The notes below the pieces were generated by a model, which saw only the letters and a program-made list of their open reading frames with translations, did no database searches and had not been told where the DNA came from. A stretch of DNA of 63,863 nucleotides, the filler included, from Bipalium vagum (taxonomy: Eukaryota), in the NCBI GenBank assembly GCA_037834085.1. It is 3 parts of 3 records of this genome, joined end to end, with 100 filler letters (N's around TTAATTAATTAA, not from the genome) between each part and the next. Parts side by side here need not be neighbours in the genome. Positions count along the whole stretch, not along the records: positions 1 to 21,397 come from JBBMKC010238223.1; positions 21,498 to 48,214 come from JBBMKC010123114.1; 1 more part is not named here. One strand, 5' to 3'. A program made the position numbers and the translations under genes. This document shows positions 13,460 through 26,720 of this stretch, one piece after another. Positions within the stretch are counted from its first letter, which is position 1. Each line of letters opens with the position of its first letter.

Positions 13460-13930
13460 AATCGATTAGTGTTTCATTGCATTTTAGTCAGCCAAAGTAC
13501 TGTCTCAAGAATTTTACGTGACATGAATTATACCAAAAAGCGATTAGTCAGAGTTCCCGAAGAGAGAAATAATAGTAACAACATTGAGGTCAGACAGCTT
13601 CATGTGAGGGATATTGATTACATTGAAAACTGTAAGCTGGTTTACTTAGATGAAACAGGAGTCAACTTACACCAAACCAGAAGTTATAACCGTAACAGTA
13701 ATGAAACCAGAAGTTTCTGCCACCATAATGGCCTCAACTAAGCCCTATCGAAGAGTTTTTTCAGTAGCTTTAAGTCGCAAATATCATCCTTTATGAGAAC
13801 CATTATAGATCGGGACGATTTAAAAGAATTGATTTCCCAAGTACTCATGCATGATGATATCGATTTAAGTGGTTATTTTCGCAACATGAAGCGTTTTATA
13901 GAAAAAGCCTTGACAAGACAATTTATTTAG
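13460..13930 (+). mobile_element. IS630/Tc1-superfamily DD34E transposase pseudogene with internal deletion
   Basis: VSQSTVSRILRDMNYTKKRLVRVPEERN...VYLDETGVNLH joined to FLPP*WPQLSPIEEFFSSFK...YFRNMKRFIEKALTRQFI*; the middle of the catalytic domain is missing. Confidence 0.88.
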
Positions 13931-14429
13931 TGTGCATTTCCACTCGTGTATTTGTTATGAAATTTTTTTTCTATATATTTCTGCATAACCCAATAATAAA
14001 AAATTTAATTTGTGCTTATATGGATTAATTAAAATAATCAACTAATTATGAATTATTAAATTTTACAAGTTAGCAAGTAATTTTAAAAATCTATAATGCT
14101 CTAAATTGTATTATGATTTGAATGTTTTTATTCATGTGCAATTTAATTAGATGAAGCTAATTGTTAAAAAATAATTTAATTGTGTTAATTAATAATGAAA
14201 AATATTTTAATCAATAATATATATCCCCAAACTTTGATACATTATCCTTAAAACTATAATTAAAAAATAAAACGAAAATTATATGAGATCTTCTACCAGT
14301 GTAAATCGTTTAAATATACTTATTTATTAACAATTAATGTAATTTGATATAATATTTTATTAATTTAGTTATTTTAATTTATGCTATTTATCCTTTTTAT
14401 ATCAACATCTTCATTAAACCTATATTCAC

Positions 14430-14506
<77 letters not shown>
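14430..14506 (+). repeat. (ATT)n microsatellite
   Basis: About 25 perfect units. Confidence 0.98.
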
Positions 14507-14508
<2 letters not shown>

Positions 14509-15899
14509 GTGTGTTTGATTGATTCATAGACGTTTTAAATGTTATTTCCTGAGACAAAAAAAGCCCAACTCTAATTTCAATTTTTATTTAATTAGATAAT
14601 GACAAAGTAAATCTATTTATGTACAGAAAGTAATCCTTTTCTTCATGCCTTATCAACTAAGGCTCTAACAAGTTTACTGAAGTTATTACAAAGTTTGGGA
14701 ATATGGATTTTGAGATCATTTATAACCACCTGGACTTGTTCAAGTGATTTTAGGATGACCTCCGTTGCTGGTTCTACCACCAGATACATTGTCAATTGAG
14801 TCAAAATCCTTTATGGGCCATATTTGCAGAAGAACAACTGTATCCTGCATTTTGCAAAGCATATAGTCGATCTATGTTGAATAGGTGAGATGTTGAAGTT
14901 AAAAATGTTTTTGCGACATCACGGCTAGCCATGTTGTAAAAATGAATGTAGATTAAGAGACAGTGAATTTGATAATTCTATAATGTAGGCCACAGAATGA
15001 CCTTTGAAACAATATAGAACGTGTCTCATGTAACAAATTACAAAAATTTTATCTAAAAATCAATTATACATGTGTTATTATAATTACGTAATACAAAATA
15101 AGCTGAAGAAATTGAAGAACAACTCTTACTAAAGTAAAAGGAAAGGCGGATAAGTTTGAATATATTAAGAAATATATCAACAAGCGTTATCAGTTCAAAG
15201 ATAACAATGATCGAGAATTCAAAAGAAGCGAGGAGCAGTTGCGTTGTTTTTTCTTATATTGGGTGGTCATGAAATAATTAAAGAACAAAGTATATTTGTT
15301 AATATTTAATTGTATCACAATTGTTTTTGTTTTAATTATTAACTAGTATTAAAAGCAACGACTTTTTCTTTACTTTTAAGTCGAGGACGACATAATCGTA
15401 CAATAATATTCTAGTTAATTGTAAGTTGTAAATTTATGTAGAAGTTATTCAATGAATGAAAAACCCTTTTCAAACACACCTTTTAATATTGAAAACAAAA
15501 TCTGCTCAAACATTTCCTGTGAAACATTTTATTATACTTTGGTATTTAAGAATAAAAAAATTCTTGGAGGTTTTTTTTATCAATAATTATTTAATGTAAC
15601 TAATTTTGAGGTTAATGGTCTTGAACATATTATTTATCACCATATATTATTTTGTTGATTTCACTTCCCGCCCCTCTAGTAATCTATTAATACTTTAGTA
15701 ATACTTTAGTAGCCCACTAACATTCGTTAGGCATTAATCAGACTCGGAACCGTATCTCAATCTACCGAGAAATGTTCAACTTGTGATAAAAAAATAATTA
15801 TCCATTCAAAATTCTTTTACTCATCGAAGATTTTTCTAAGAAAAAAATGACAATCTTAAAAAAGAACTTATTATAACCTCTTTATTCTCCTCTTTTCAA

Positions 15900-16340
15900 C
15901 AGAAATCTCTCACTGCCGAAAAAATTGTATAATATTATTTCTGATGGTCAAACAAATCCAGTCTCACAAATCAGTAACACTAATATAGTAAAAACTATTT
16001 CATTTATCTAAACCCCTGGGAACCTTTAAAGATATTTTATTATCCATCAATTATATCCAACAATTTTTCTGTTTTAATGATTTTGTTAACATTATCAATA
16101 ATTATTTTTTATTATTGATTATTTATAGTTAAATAATTAACAATGATTTTTCATTATTCCTCTTATTTCTCCATAAACCTCTAAATCCACAAGTCTCAAA
16201 TCCTTTATTATTAATCTTGTAAATCCAGGAATAATTATCAACAGGGTTTATATTTCAATAGAAGAACCCTTTTTAATCCCCTGGTCAATAGTTAATGGAC
16301 AATCCAAACAGAGTAAAACATTATCCCGTTTCCATTTCCA
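15900..16340 (-). mobile_element. Possible non-LTR retrotransposon RT remnant
   Basis: TIDQGIKKGSS (compare GxxQG) and FPGV*INE (compare YLGVxI); very degraded. Confidence 0.3.
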
Positions 16341-16733
16341 AGTTAATATGATTTTCAAATAATTTTGATAATATTATTGTGATAATTATTTCGTAAACCA
16401 ATAAAATAAATAGAAAATTTGAGTTTTCAATCTCGTTAATGTGAGGCTTCAAGGAAAATATCTCTACAATTACGAGCGATAGGATTATATAAAAGCTACA
16501 TATTAGATCTTTATTTTAATACAATAATTGTTTTAATTAATGTTCAGATTATGATCTGGCTTCATTGGATTATTAATAAGAAAAACCTAAAATAAAACTG
16601 ACCATATTATTTGAAAATCAGAATTATATATATTTTTTATTAATATTATTGGTGATATTTTAATTGTTTTAAAAAATATCAAATTGAAAAATAAATAATT
16701 GAACTAGGCAAATGATTCTGCTTGAATCAGGTG

Positions 16734-17408
16734 TATAGGGTGGGACAACGAAGACAATCTGATTTTAAAAGGAAATAAAAATTTCTAAACTCGTTTAAAT
16801 GTTGCAATTTGTTTTGTGGATTTTAGATAAATAGCGGAAAATTTATAATGCACAATTACAAAGTGAAGCACCTGTACAGATAATTGAAGTTTTACTCTTC
16901 GGAAGAATCTGTTATTCAAACTCAACGAAAATATTGTCAACAGTTTGGTGCTAAAATTGTCCAGGTGTGTCCATGATTAGAAATTTAATTACAGGTTTTG
17001 AGGAAACAGAATCTGTGACAAATATTGACAGAGCTTGTTTACAGATGGTTGCACGCCCTCCAGAAACTGTGCAGTCTATCTGACAGTCTCAGTGATAATC
17101 GGAGTGTCTCTACTCGGAAGAGTGCACCCTAATTAAGAATTTCCATCGAACAACTGAAGGAGAACATTCGACCTGTAATTAACAATTCATATCCAGAAAC
17201 TTTACAATCAGTTTTGGAAAGTATTTTGAAAAGAGAGTAACATGTCAACAAGAATATGGAGGTCATTTGAGAGATACGATATTTCATGTATGGTGCTAAA
17301 ATTCTCCATAAATTCTATTTGTTGAAACATTTTGGATAAATCATTTTTAAAAATTTCAAGAAGTTTCTTTTAGTTTACATCAGATTGTCTTCGTTAGCCC
17401 ACCTTGTA
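16734..17408 (+). mobile_element. Internally deleted rosa/DD41D-like Tc1/mariner element (675 bp) with TIRs
   Basis: TIRs tatagggtgggacaacgaagacaatctgat and atcagattgtcttcgttagcccaccttgta. N-terminal SVIQTQRKY..F...MIRNLITGFEETESV fused to C-terminal IEQLKENIR...GGHLRDTIFH. Confidence 0.88.
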
Positions 17409-20400
17409 AGCTTTAACTAATGTACCAAAAGGAAGATGTCAATATCTTAGTTTTAGATTGATTGTGCCATAACTAATTTTTATAAAATTACAGGAACAAC
17501 AATCTTTATCATATTTAATTCGAATTTTTTCGAAATTTCCGATACGCATCCTTCAACACAACTTTTTGTACAATTATCATATTTGAACAAATTTTCAACA
17601 TTTGGAAACAAAGTTGCAGTCTGTTTGGTTAATGTTTATTGTTATCGTCCTTTACTCATCATTTCTTTACCTTCTTACATGTGTCTTGATTAAAGCTAAA
17701 AACTTGTATTGAATATGAAAATGTTTCATTTAAGTCTGAATATCATTGAAAAACGAACTCGGTTTGTTTTTTGCGATGCTCTTTGATTTACGATTTTAAA
17801 TAATTAAAACAATTAGCAACAACCAATTATGTGATATAGTAAACACAGACAATTCTATGTGATAATAGGCATGATATAAATCGCGTATGATTTTAATATA
17901 TAATAATAATAATTTTTAATAATATTATTTTTATGTACATACAGATTTTTATAATATATTAAATTTTATTTTCATAAGATTAATATCAAATTTTCACCAA
18001 TAATACTTTAGATAATTGTTGAAAATTACATTGATCTGGATAATGAGAAGCAGAAAATTCTTTTATTGAAAAACGTCTAGAAAATCTTAAAAAATGACAA
18101 TAATCAATAAAAAATTTATCTAAACTGAACATTCATGTATCATGAAAACTAAGGCAACGTAAAAGGCTTTTTTATTTTTTATTCATTTGTCTTAATTGAT
18201 AATTTAAATCATTTTTTCTAATTTTCCTATAAATTATAGTTTATTAAATTAAAAAAAATGGTACTCTACCTTATTGATTAAAGATATCATTACGATTTTT
18301 CTGTTCAGACAAATTTGTTTAATTAAACTTAGTAAAAAATTTAATCAATCTATGAAAAAAGTTAAATTTGATATTACCGTTTTTATATTTTGAAAATATT
18401 TATTTAGATAAAACTGGGTTCTCAATTTTATTATTTTTTAGTATTATAAAAATAGAAATAATCAATTAATTGTCTTTCTTATCATTATGAATTCATTCTC
18501 GATTCTGAATCTAATTAAAATTTATGACTTGACATTAATGTTAACATATTATCGAATAGAATGTTTATTTTTCAATTTTTCCATAAAAATAATAATAATA
18601 ATAATATATATTATTAAATTAACCTAAATATTACTGATTAAAACGTTTTTCTTTATTCCCATAAATCATATTTTAAATATGATAATATTATAAAAAATAA
18701 AATGTTGAAAATATTTTCATGAGCAATGAATAAACTTACATTAAATAAAAAAATATTGTTGAAGAAAACCCATGGAGTAATAATGATTTAATTTTAAAAA
18801 TATTAGCTCAAGGATAATTGGTTCAGCAAAAATAAAGGATTTTAATTGGTATACAGGCTAATTTTATTTTTAAATAATACGATTGATAAAACTGAATAAA
18901 AATTAATTAATATTATTTCAAGAATTAATTAATTAATTAAGAATTACAAATTAAATTAATTTGAAATATGTTCTAATGTTAATATTTATATAAAAATGTT
19001 GCACTTTTCATTTTAACAGAGAAATGCTAAATTGAATTGGGTTTATTTCGGTGAATGACAAATATAACGATTTATCATAAGATCCAGTCAGTCTTCATGA
19101 AGAAATTGGTACATTTTAACTGTTTCTCATATCATTACTTGTGATATTAGAAATTGTCCTCTTTCTATATGTAATTACCAATCTGTTTAATCAAAGGATA
19201 ACTGTTAACAGGTAACAATTTATTGGGATAATTAAGGATAACCTTTTCCTGCGTAAAAAAAAATTCCCAGGCTTTCCTTTTGCCATTGTCTATCATTTTT
19301 AATAAAAAGTTATATTGTTGAACTTTCATTTTAAGCTCTCATTAAAACAAAATTCAATAAGCTGATTAAAACAAGAAAATAAATGTTCCATTTTTGGTAA
19401 AAGGTTTCAGTATTATTTGTTAAAAGTTAATTTATATTCTCGTTTTCGGATTCAGAGTATTTTTTTCACATCGTCTTAGATGAAAAGAGGCAATTTGCTA
19501 ACCTCTTGGTAATCTTTTTATCAGGTTGCAACAGAGATATGTTTCATTCTGTAAAATCAATGCTCAAAGAGATAATCAGCTAGACTAAGACTTTTTGAAT
19601 GAACCACCGAAATTGGTTTTCCTTGATTCACTGTCAAAATTTCATTTTCAATAAGGAAAACTGTTAATTCTCTTTTTACAGATGTTCTCGCCTCGATCTT
19701 CTCATGTAGAAATATTAGTTTTCCGTTATTTGCTTATCTGAAGCTAAAAGATTATATTATATCAGTTATCAGAAATGTATCATGAACGTATTATGATGTT
19801 GTTTCTCTTGAGATTATCTGCTTAGGCAGATGTAATTTCTTCACAACACATCCCAGTCCCAAAGGTATTCTAATATATATTACAACTAGTGGAATTTTTA
19901 TCTTTTTAATATTTCTTTTATTAAGATATTTGATGAAATTTTTCAGATAAGTTTTCCGGGTTACTTTTCTGATAATTTTAGTTATCAAATGAAATTTAAT
20001 TTATTTTTCCAATTTTTAACCATTGTTTGTTAACGAATTTTTCTAAAATATTTTTTGTGCTTTTAAATTGAAAAAATCTATAAAAGAAATAATAAAATCT
20101 ATAATAAGTCATTTTAGAAATTGATATTTTTAGTGATTTATGAACTTTAATTCTTGGGAATTTAATATGAAAGATATACGAGAGAGCAACAAATAAAAAT
20201 TATCGAATTCTACTGGTCCAGGGTTTACAACCACAGGATTCTATTACGGATTTAGAACAACTCGGGAGATCAATTTCAGAACGTTTTCAAAAACTTTTTT
20301 ACTATATTCCAAACAGGGTCTCCATTAACGGAACGTATACGAATTGTCCATTTTGATATTTTCAGGTTGTCATTATTCTATCACTTAAAGATTTCCTGGA

Positions 20401-20803
20401 TCTTTTGCGAAAAATTATATCAAATGGATTTACAGCACTATGCAAGCTACTACTACATTGATACACATAATAAATTCTTCAATTTGATTGAACCAGATTG
20501 ATTGTTTTGCTCTTCTTTTAGATTTTGTATGTTTTCTTCACTCATTAGAGTCAGACTAACATAAGTAAAAACAACAGAGTATTCTGTCAATGGAAATCAA
20601 CCATATGTTATCAAGAACAGAGCAGTAACTCTGCCTCTCAATTAGAATTCAATTCAGTTTTATAGTCAAACTTCGAGCTGTTAGTATAAGCTGTTACTAA
20701 ATTTCACGCTAATTTTGAAAATATGATCGCATTTTTATCGTTATAGTTCTAAATGATTATCATTAAGAATATATATACATATTTGATCTAAAGTAGCAAA
20801 ACT

Positions 20804-21397
20804 ATTAGGTTGGAAACAAAGTTCTCGCACTGTTTTTATTATGAATGATTTTATTGAAAATATAACAAAAATACAATAAAACAATTCATCAAAAGTCCCA
20901 TATCAGTCAATAATGTAGTCACCGTTGTTCTCCAATACTTCCTTCCAACGACGGAGTAGATCGTGAATGTCTTTCTTGTAAAATTCCATTGGTTTGCTAG
21001 CAAAGAAATTTCCAACTGCAGTTTCCCATTCTTTTCAGTCCTACACTCTTTGTCTTTCAGGAAGTTTTGCAGCCCCCGGAATAAATGATAATCTGAGAGC
21101 ACTAGGTCGGGTGAGTAAGGTGTAAATGGTGTAAAATGGCTGTGTGACTGACGCCAAACTTCTGAGCTAGCTCTCGTGATGTCATATGTGCATCAGCTAC
21201 CACACATGAGCGCAAGAGCTTATTGTCGATAATGAGGGGTCGACCATTCCTTGCATTATCTTGGTTGTCCATATGACCACTCTTGAACTTTTTAAACCAA
21301 TTAAAGGCTGTACGACGACTAATTGTATCTTCTCCAAATGCTTCGTTGATACGACGATGCGACTGGCTTGCGTTTATACCGGATTTGAAATCATATA
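20804..21397 (-). mobile_element. Relatively young internally deleted mariner; 5' end cut by contig break
   Basis: Stop-free N-terminus YDFKSGINASQSHRRINEAFGEDTISRRTAFNWFKKFKSG...RNGRP, then PYSPDLVLSDYHLFRGLQNFL...RWKEVLENNGDYIID*; TIR-like tattaggttggaaacaaagttc at 20804. Confidence 0.93.
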
Positions 21398-21497
21398 NNN
21401 NNNNNNNNNNNNNNNNNNNNNNNNNNNNNNNNNNNNNNNNNTTAATTAATTAANNNNNNNNNNNNNNNNNNNNNNNNNNNNNNNNNNNNNNNNNNNN
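21398..21497. other. Artificial contig-joining linker (44 N + TTAATTAATTAA + 44 N)
   Basis: Exactly 100 bp; the core has stops in all six frames; identical to the linker at 48215-48314. Confidence 0.97.
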
Positions 21498-22689
21498 CCT
21501 AAAATATTTTTTCATTAAAATTATTATATTTTTATTACATAATGTAAAGTGTTTTAGTCATATTATTAAAATAAACAATCAATAAATTATTCTTTATTTA
21601 TTTTATCAATTAAGGCGCATATTTTGTATAAGGATAACCTAAGACAGAACAAAGTAATGCATTAATATTTGATAAATGATATTTTTTGTTTATATATTAA
21701 AATAGATAATAATGAAATGATACATTAGGTGGTATATTGGAAGAATTATTCATCTCTATTTTTAGTATAAAGTGAGATAAATAATTGAAAAATTTCAGTA
21801 TTCATAAATAAAGAGAATAAAAATATCATAAATTAAATGACAATTTCTGAAATATTTATATAAAAATGAAATATTACACATTTTTACTTATTTACTTTAT
21901 ATTTAACACTTGATTTAAAACTAATATTGAAATAATAATAAAAAAATTATTATTATTATTATTTCTATGTGGAAGCCAGTAGAATTAACATTTCTCTTCA
22001 TCATATTTATAAAATCTGCAGAAAAAAATATGTGGTTGCCAAATACATTAAAAAAACCTAAGATAGTTTTAGAATAATAATAATTATCCGTCTAATTTTT
22101 CCTGTCCCTCATTAATATGGTATTCATGCTTAGAAATAATAATAATAATTATTATTAAGAATTTTTCTATGAATAATGATTAAAATAGTAATTAACGTAT
22201 TGAACTAATATTATAAAATACTATGAGAATAAAAATAGTTTAAATTGAAGTCAAAATAAAAATAAAATAAATTTTTTTAATTAATTAATAAAAATTACCA
22301 TTAAGTGAACAGAAATCTTTTTATTCTCATATGAATACGGATGTTCTGAGAAAAGAATTTTAAAAAGGATGAAAATAAAGTCATTAAGATTACAAAGGAT
22401 ATATCGTCTCATTTGTATATTAATGTAAATAAATAAATATGTATGTCAACCAGCTGTGTCAAAACCGAAGAAATAAACTTGTTATCTATTGATTTTGAAT
22501 GAAAATATATTTTATTTAAGTCTATATATTTTTAGAATTGCGCAAAAGCAGGTTTAGTTTAAATGAATGTTCGGTGAGAAATATTTTAAATTTAGGTGTG
22601 AATCTTGATTTGAAGATTAACTTAATTTGATATTATTATGTCTAAAATTAGGAAAATCAAACTCTAAGTTAATAAGAAACCCATGTAAA

Positions 22690-22900
22690 TGTATTGCATT
22701 ATCCAAGATTGTGAAGAAGTTTGAGGAAACTGAAATTATTATCTGTTTATATCTCGGGTGGCGTTCTTTGGTGAGTGAACGTAAAACTGCTATTAGTTTT
22801 TAAATTGCTGATATGGATAGTAAAACAATCATTCAAAAATTATCTCGGGAACCTAATATTCCACTTTTCTCGGTTCAACGAATTTTAAAAGTATAGTTTT
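22690..22900 (+). mobile_element. Tc1/rosa-like N-terminal fragment
   Basis: SKIVKKFEETE...GWRSLVSERK resembles the KFEETGSV...GRP motif. Confidence 0.45.
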
Positions 22901-22979
22901 TATTATACAGGTTTTCGAGTACTCTTACTACAAGGGTTTTCCAAAACTGAAAAATCTTGTTGAAATGGATAACAAATAA

Positions 22980-23360
22980 CGCGGCCAACATTCATAAATA
23001 GGGAAGGCTTTGTGTTTTAATATGAAAACGCAAGACCATATGTGTCTTAATGAAGGATCTTAATTGTGAGGTTTTATTGCATCCTCTATATAGTCATGAT
23101 ATTGCACCGTAAGACTATCATTTATTTCTTTTAATGCAAAACTTTCTTGATGGTGTAAAATTGATCTCAAAGGAGGACACCGAAAACCACTTATCTCAGT
23201 TTTTCAGTGAAAAGTCAGAGAAAAATTTCAGCGAGAGAATTCTAGCTTTATCAAAGAAATGGCAGGACATTATCGATCATGGTGGTTCTAAAATTGACTT
23301 AGAATTCTTAAGGTTTTCATATTGCTAAAATCTGTGGAAATGTTTTGGACGACCCAAGGT
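22980..23360 (+). mobile_element. Mariner C-terminal remnant, mellifera-like
   Basis: ENARPY...EVLLHPLYSHDIAP*DYHLFLLMQNFLDGVKLISKEDTENHLSQFFSEK...KWQDIIDHGG. Confidence 0.88.
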
Positions 23361-23949
23361 TTTAGACAACAACCCAACCGGATTGTTTATCTTTTAATTA
23401 ATCAATTAAAAATAATCTTTATTTTATTTAATAAAATTTGTTTAAGTTCCGGATAATAAATTATTTATTTTTCTTTCTAAAACTTTCTAAATTATCGTTA
23501 CCTAAAACATAAAAATATCAACACCATTAATTTATTCTTTGAAAACTGCGGAGTTAAAATTTTTTAGGATTAATATTATTTTTCATTCAATATAATTTTA
23601 TTTATTAACATTTTTTTGTGTTAATTCAAGGTACATTTAGATTCACAAAGAGGAAGACCCAATTTCAATCTAATTAATCCCGTCAACATACGTTATCAAA
23701 AAAGAAAAAAATTATAATTTTATTTTTAAAAAAATATAATATAAATAAATTTCTTCTAATGATATTATTAAACGTATTTTTTGTCTTGCATTGCACATTT
23801 ATTGTTTATATGAGTATTTTATTTCTGTAAAGTTAACTGTTTCGCATTTCGGTTTTGCTTGGTATTAAAAATATTATTTATATTTTTCCCGTTACAAGTA
23901 AAGTTTATGGTATTTCTTATGGTATTTCTTACTATTTTCGTAAAACAAA

Positions 23950-24320
23950 TTATGTCAATTGGGAATATGGACTGACAAATTCAATGGGGAGTTCCAAATC
24001 GTTTCGCATTCGTTTATGTCATCCTTTGCATTTGAAATCCGAAGAGTCTTTTAAGAATGAAATGAATTTCTGGGCTGACTTTGTCGAAAGTGTAACCAAG
24101 CAGGGATGCCTTGTTAATTTCCTGGAGTAATACTCAAAACAGTCCAAAATCCGGGCTTTTTTTCAATTAAAAGCGTACTTAATTAGTAAAATACTTGATG
24201 GAGCAACTATTCCAATATCCATAGATTAAGGTCTGTCAGCTTCGGGTATAATATTCGTAGGCTTACGTACTGCAGCCAACAAAAAAATTGTTCGGGGTTA
24301 TAGGATGCTCCAGGTCTTAA
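23950..24320 (-). mobile_element. Possible pogo/Tigger DDE remnant
   Basis: MDIGIVA (compare QPMDxGII) and FDKVSPEI..KRLFG (compare AWDxVSPExI). Confidence 0.35.
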
Positions 24321-25468
24321 CCTATGAGAGAGAAAGGTGACAGTTGAAGTGATTTATTAAAATTCCCAGATCGTAACGCCAAAATAGGAATAGTGAAATG
24401 AAATTTAAATTTATTAAAATGAAAAATGCGATCAAATAATTGATCCTAGTACAAAAATTGCTTGAGGGAAATTAAATCTATTTTCCTTTGTTATTACTTT
24501 AAAATTGACCAATTTTCATTGAGAGAGACAATTCTTCTCAGTCCCCTGACGATTTGCCTTCATCTTTAATTAAAACGCAGAAATCATCATATTCTGCAAT
24601 TTCTCCCGAATTCGCTGAGAGAACGTATTCAGAAAATGTCGGTTGATTTAGCTATATTTTTAATATTAATAAATATTTTAATTTTAAAGGGAGGCAGAAC
24701 AATTTCACGGAACAATTCTTCATAGGCATTTCTTCATTAAAATCATAGTCCAATTGAGATATTAATTATATATTATCAAACCTGGAATATTTTTAATGTA
24801 TAATTAACCTCTTTCGAGTAAACAATTATATTTATTTTTAATTTTAAAAAATATTTATAATTAAATATTATTTTATTTTAACAATCTGAGACGTTATTGG
24901 TACTGTAAATTTCTAAATTAACGCTGAGAAGAAAAAATGGTAATTAAAACAAAAGTAATCAAGATAAAATTAATTTTGATAATTAATTATTGCTTTATGT
25001 GAGAACGAGAATCCATTATTGTTATTATTAGTATTACTTTGATAGCATAAAGATTAGATGGCGCTTATATTTCTCTGAGAACAATGGACTGGTTCAAAGG
25101 TCCACCTATTTATGAGGCTGAATGTATAAGTACTTAAATGGGTCGATTGGTTTCAAAAAATAAAGTTTTTTCTTTTCAGAGGCAATTACATTGTATAAAT
25201 TAATCTTCAGAAAATAATATAAAATTTGAGCTTACCTTTAAAACGAAATAACCCTTAGGCCTCGCCAATAATTGACCCGGCAATCAATGTGTTCAGTTCA
25301 AAGCTATTTTTGTACAGATCTCATGTTGAATTAATACAAATAGTTTTTGTTTAGATATTTGCCGATCTAGTTATATTTTACGTATTTTAATTTAAGTTTT
25401 AATTTTAATCTAATTTAGTTTATTTTTTCATTATTTATAATATAAGTACTTATTAGACAAGGGGTATC

Positions 25469-26041
25469 TATTAGGTTTATGAATTGAAAGTGAGCCATTT
25501 TTTACAATATTGTTTCTTTATTTAATAACTAATATAAATATTAAGTAGACATACAATGAAAAAGAAAATTTATTCAAAATATTTTTCATCGTTAATAAAT
25601 TTCTCCATTTTTCTGGAAGCTGATGAATTCCTCAATAAAAGAATCGGTATTTTTGCTGGCTGTCCATTCAGTGATTCTTTTTTCAGCTTCCTCGAAGGAT
25701 TGGAAGCGCTTCTCGGAAAGTGAGTTGACCAAAACAGATAGTAGTCAGAAGAGTCGCAGTCTGGTTAATAAGCTACATTAGGGCCACACTTCCCATCGAA
25801 GCAACTCTAATGTTTCCTCGATTCATTTGTTGACATCTGGCCGGGCGCTATCATGCAGCAAAATTATTTTATGCTGCCTTTTCTCATATTCTGTTCTTTT
25901 TCGCTCAATGCCTAGTTCGGACGTATTAATAGTTCTCTGTAGAACCCCCATGTACCATTTCACCTTGCTTAAACAAATGAATAAAATTTTTTTATTACAG
26001 GTATTTTAAAAAGGGTCTACTTTCAATGCATATACTTAATA
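25469..26041 (-). mobile_element. Mos1/mauritiana-like mariner deletion derivative (573 bp) with TIRs
   Basis: TIRs tattaggtttatgaattgaaagtgagcc and gggtctactttcaatgcatatacttaata. Inside, KRQHKIILLHDSARP...EETLELLRWEV and SLSEKRFQSFEE. Confidence 0.88.
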
Positions 26042-26479
26042 GTATTACACAAGAGAAATTAGACTCGGATTAAATAAGAGATTTTTTAGTTTTAGAAGTT
26101 TAGGTAAGTTTATTAGTGAAACAAATTATCGTTAGAGAGGAGGTATGATGTAGATACCTTTAAAGACAGTATCTACATGAAAAGAATGATGACGGTAGGA
26201 AAATCTATATAAGCCTTAAATCAATAAACCAAGAATGGAAAATAATTAATCCCAGAAGTTTTCATGTAGAGAACATAACATAATTTTGTATTTTATTCAC
26301 TAATAAAAAACTCTATTAATTATAAAATAAAAACGAAGTTTACAAAATGAATTTTTAAAAGTCAGCACTTAATCTTTAAATAGTAATGAATTTTTAATTA
26401 TTAATTAATATTATGGTCGTTTTTTAAAAGAAAATGTTAACCAAACAACAAATGCGAACTGTTTACTTTTAACAATTAT

Positions 26480-26720
26480 ATCTAACAAATAATGCAGTGG
26501 AAGCAACTTGAAATGTAAATAGAGCTTTCTATAACGACAGAGTCAACAGTGTGTTGGTGGTTCGCAAGATTTCATCAAGGTAATTGTGATGTTAATGTCA
26601 AGAATGGTAATGAACTCAACACTGCAGTGGATCATAATGAATTGAAGGCTTTGATTGAGAAAATCCATGGATTATAGTACAAATTTTCAAAACTTAATAT
26701 TTCCAATTCACGAATTTCTA
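26480..26720 (+). mobile_element. Mariner N-terminal fragment
   Basis: TTESTVCWWFARFHQGNCDVN...AVDHNELKALIE. Confidence 0.72.

Noticed and set aside
19020-20460. Helitron-like (KLHLPKQ) and CACTA-like (FVYVPLMETL) fragments
   Set aside because: Single short motifs without supporting context.
21442-21453. TTAATTAATTAA as a biological palindrome or piggyBac target
   Set aside because: Centre of an artificial linker, repeated identically at 48259-48270.
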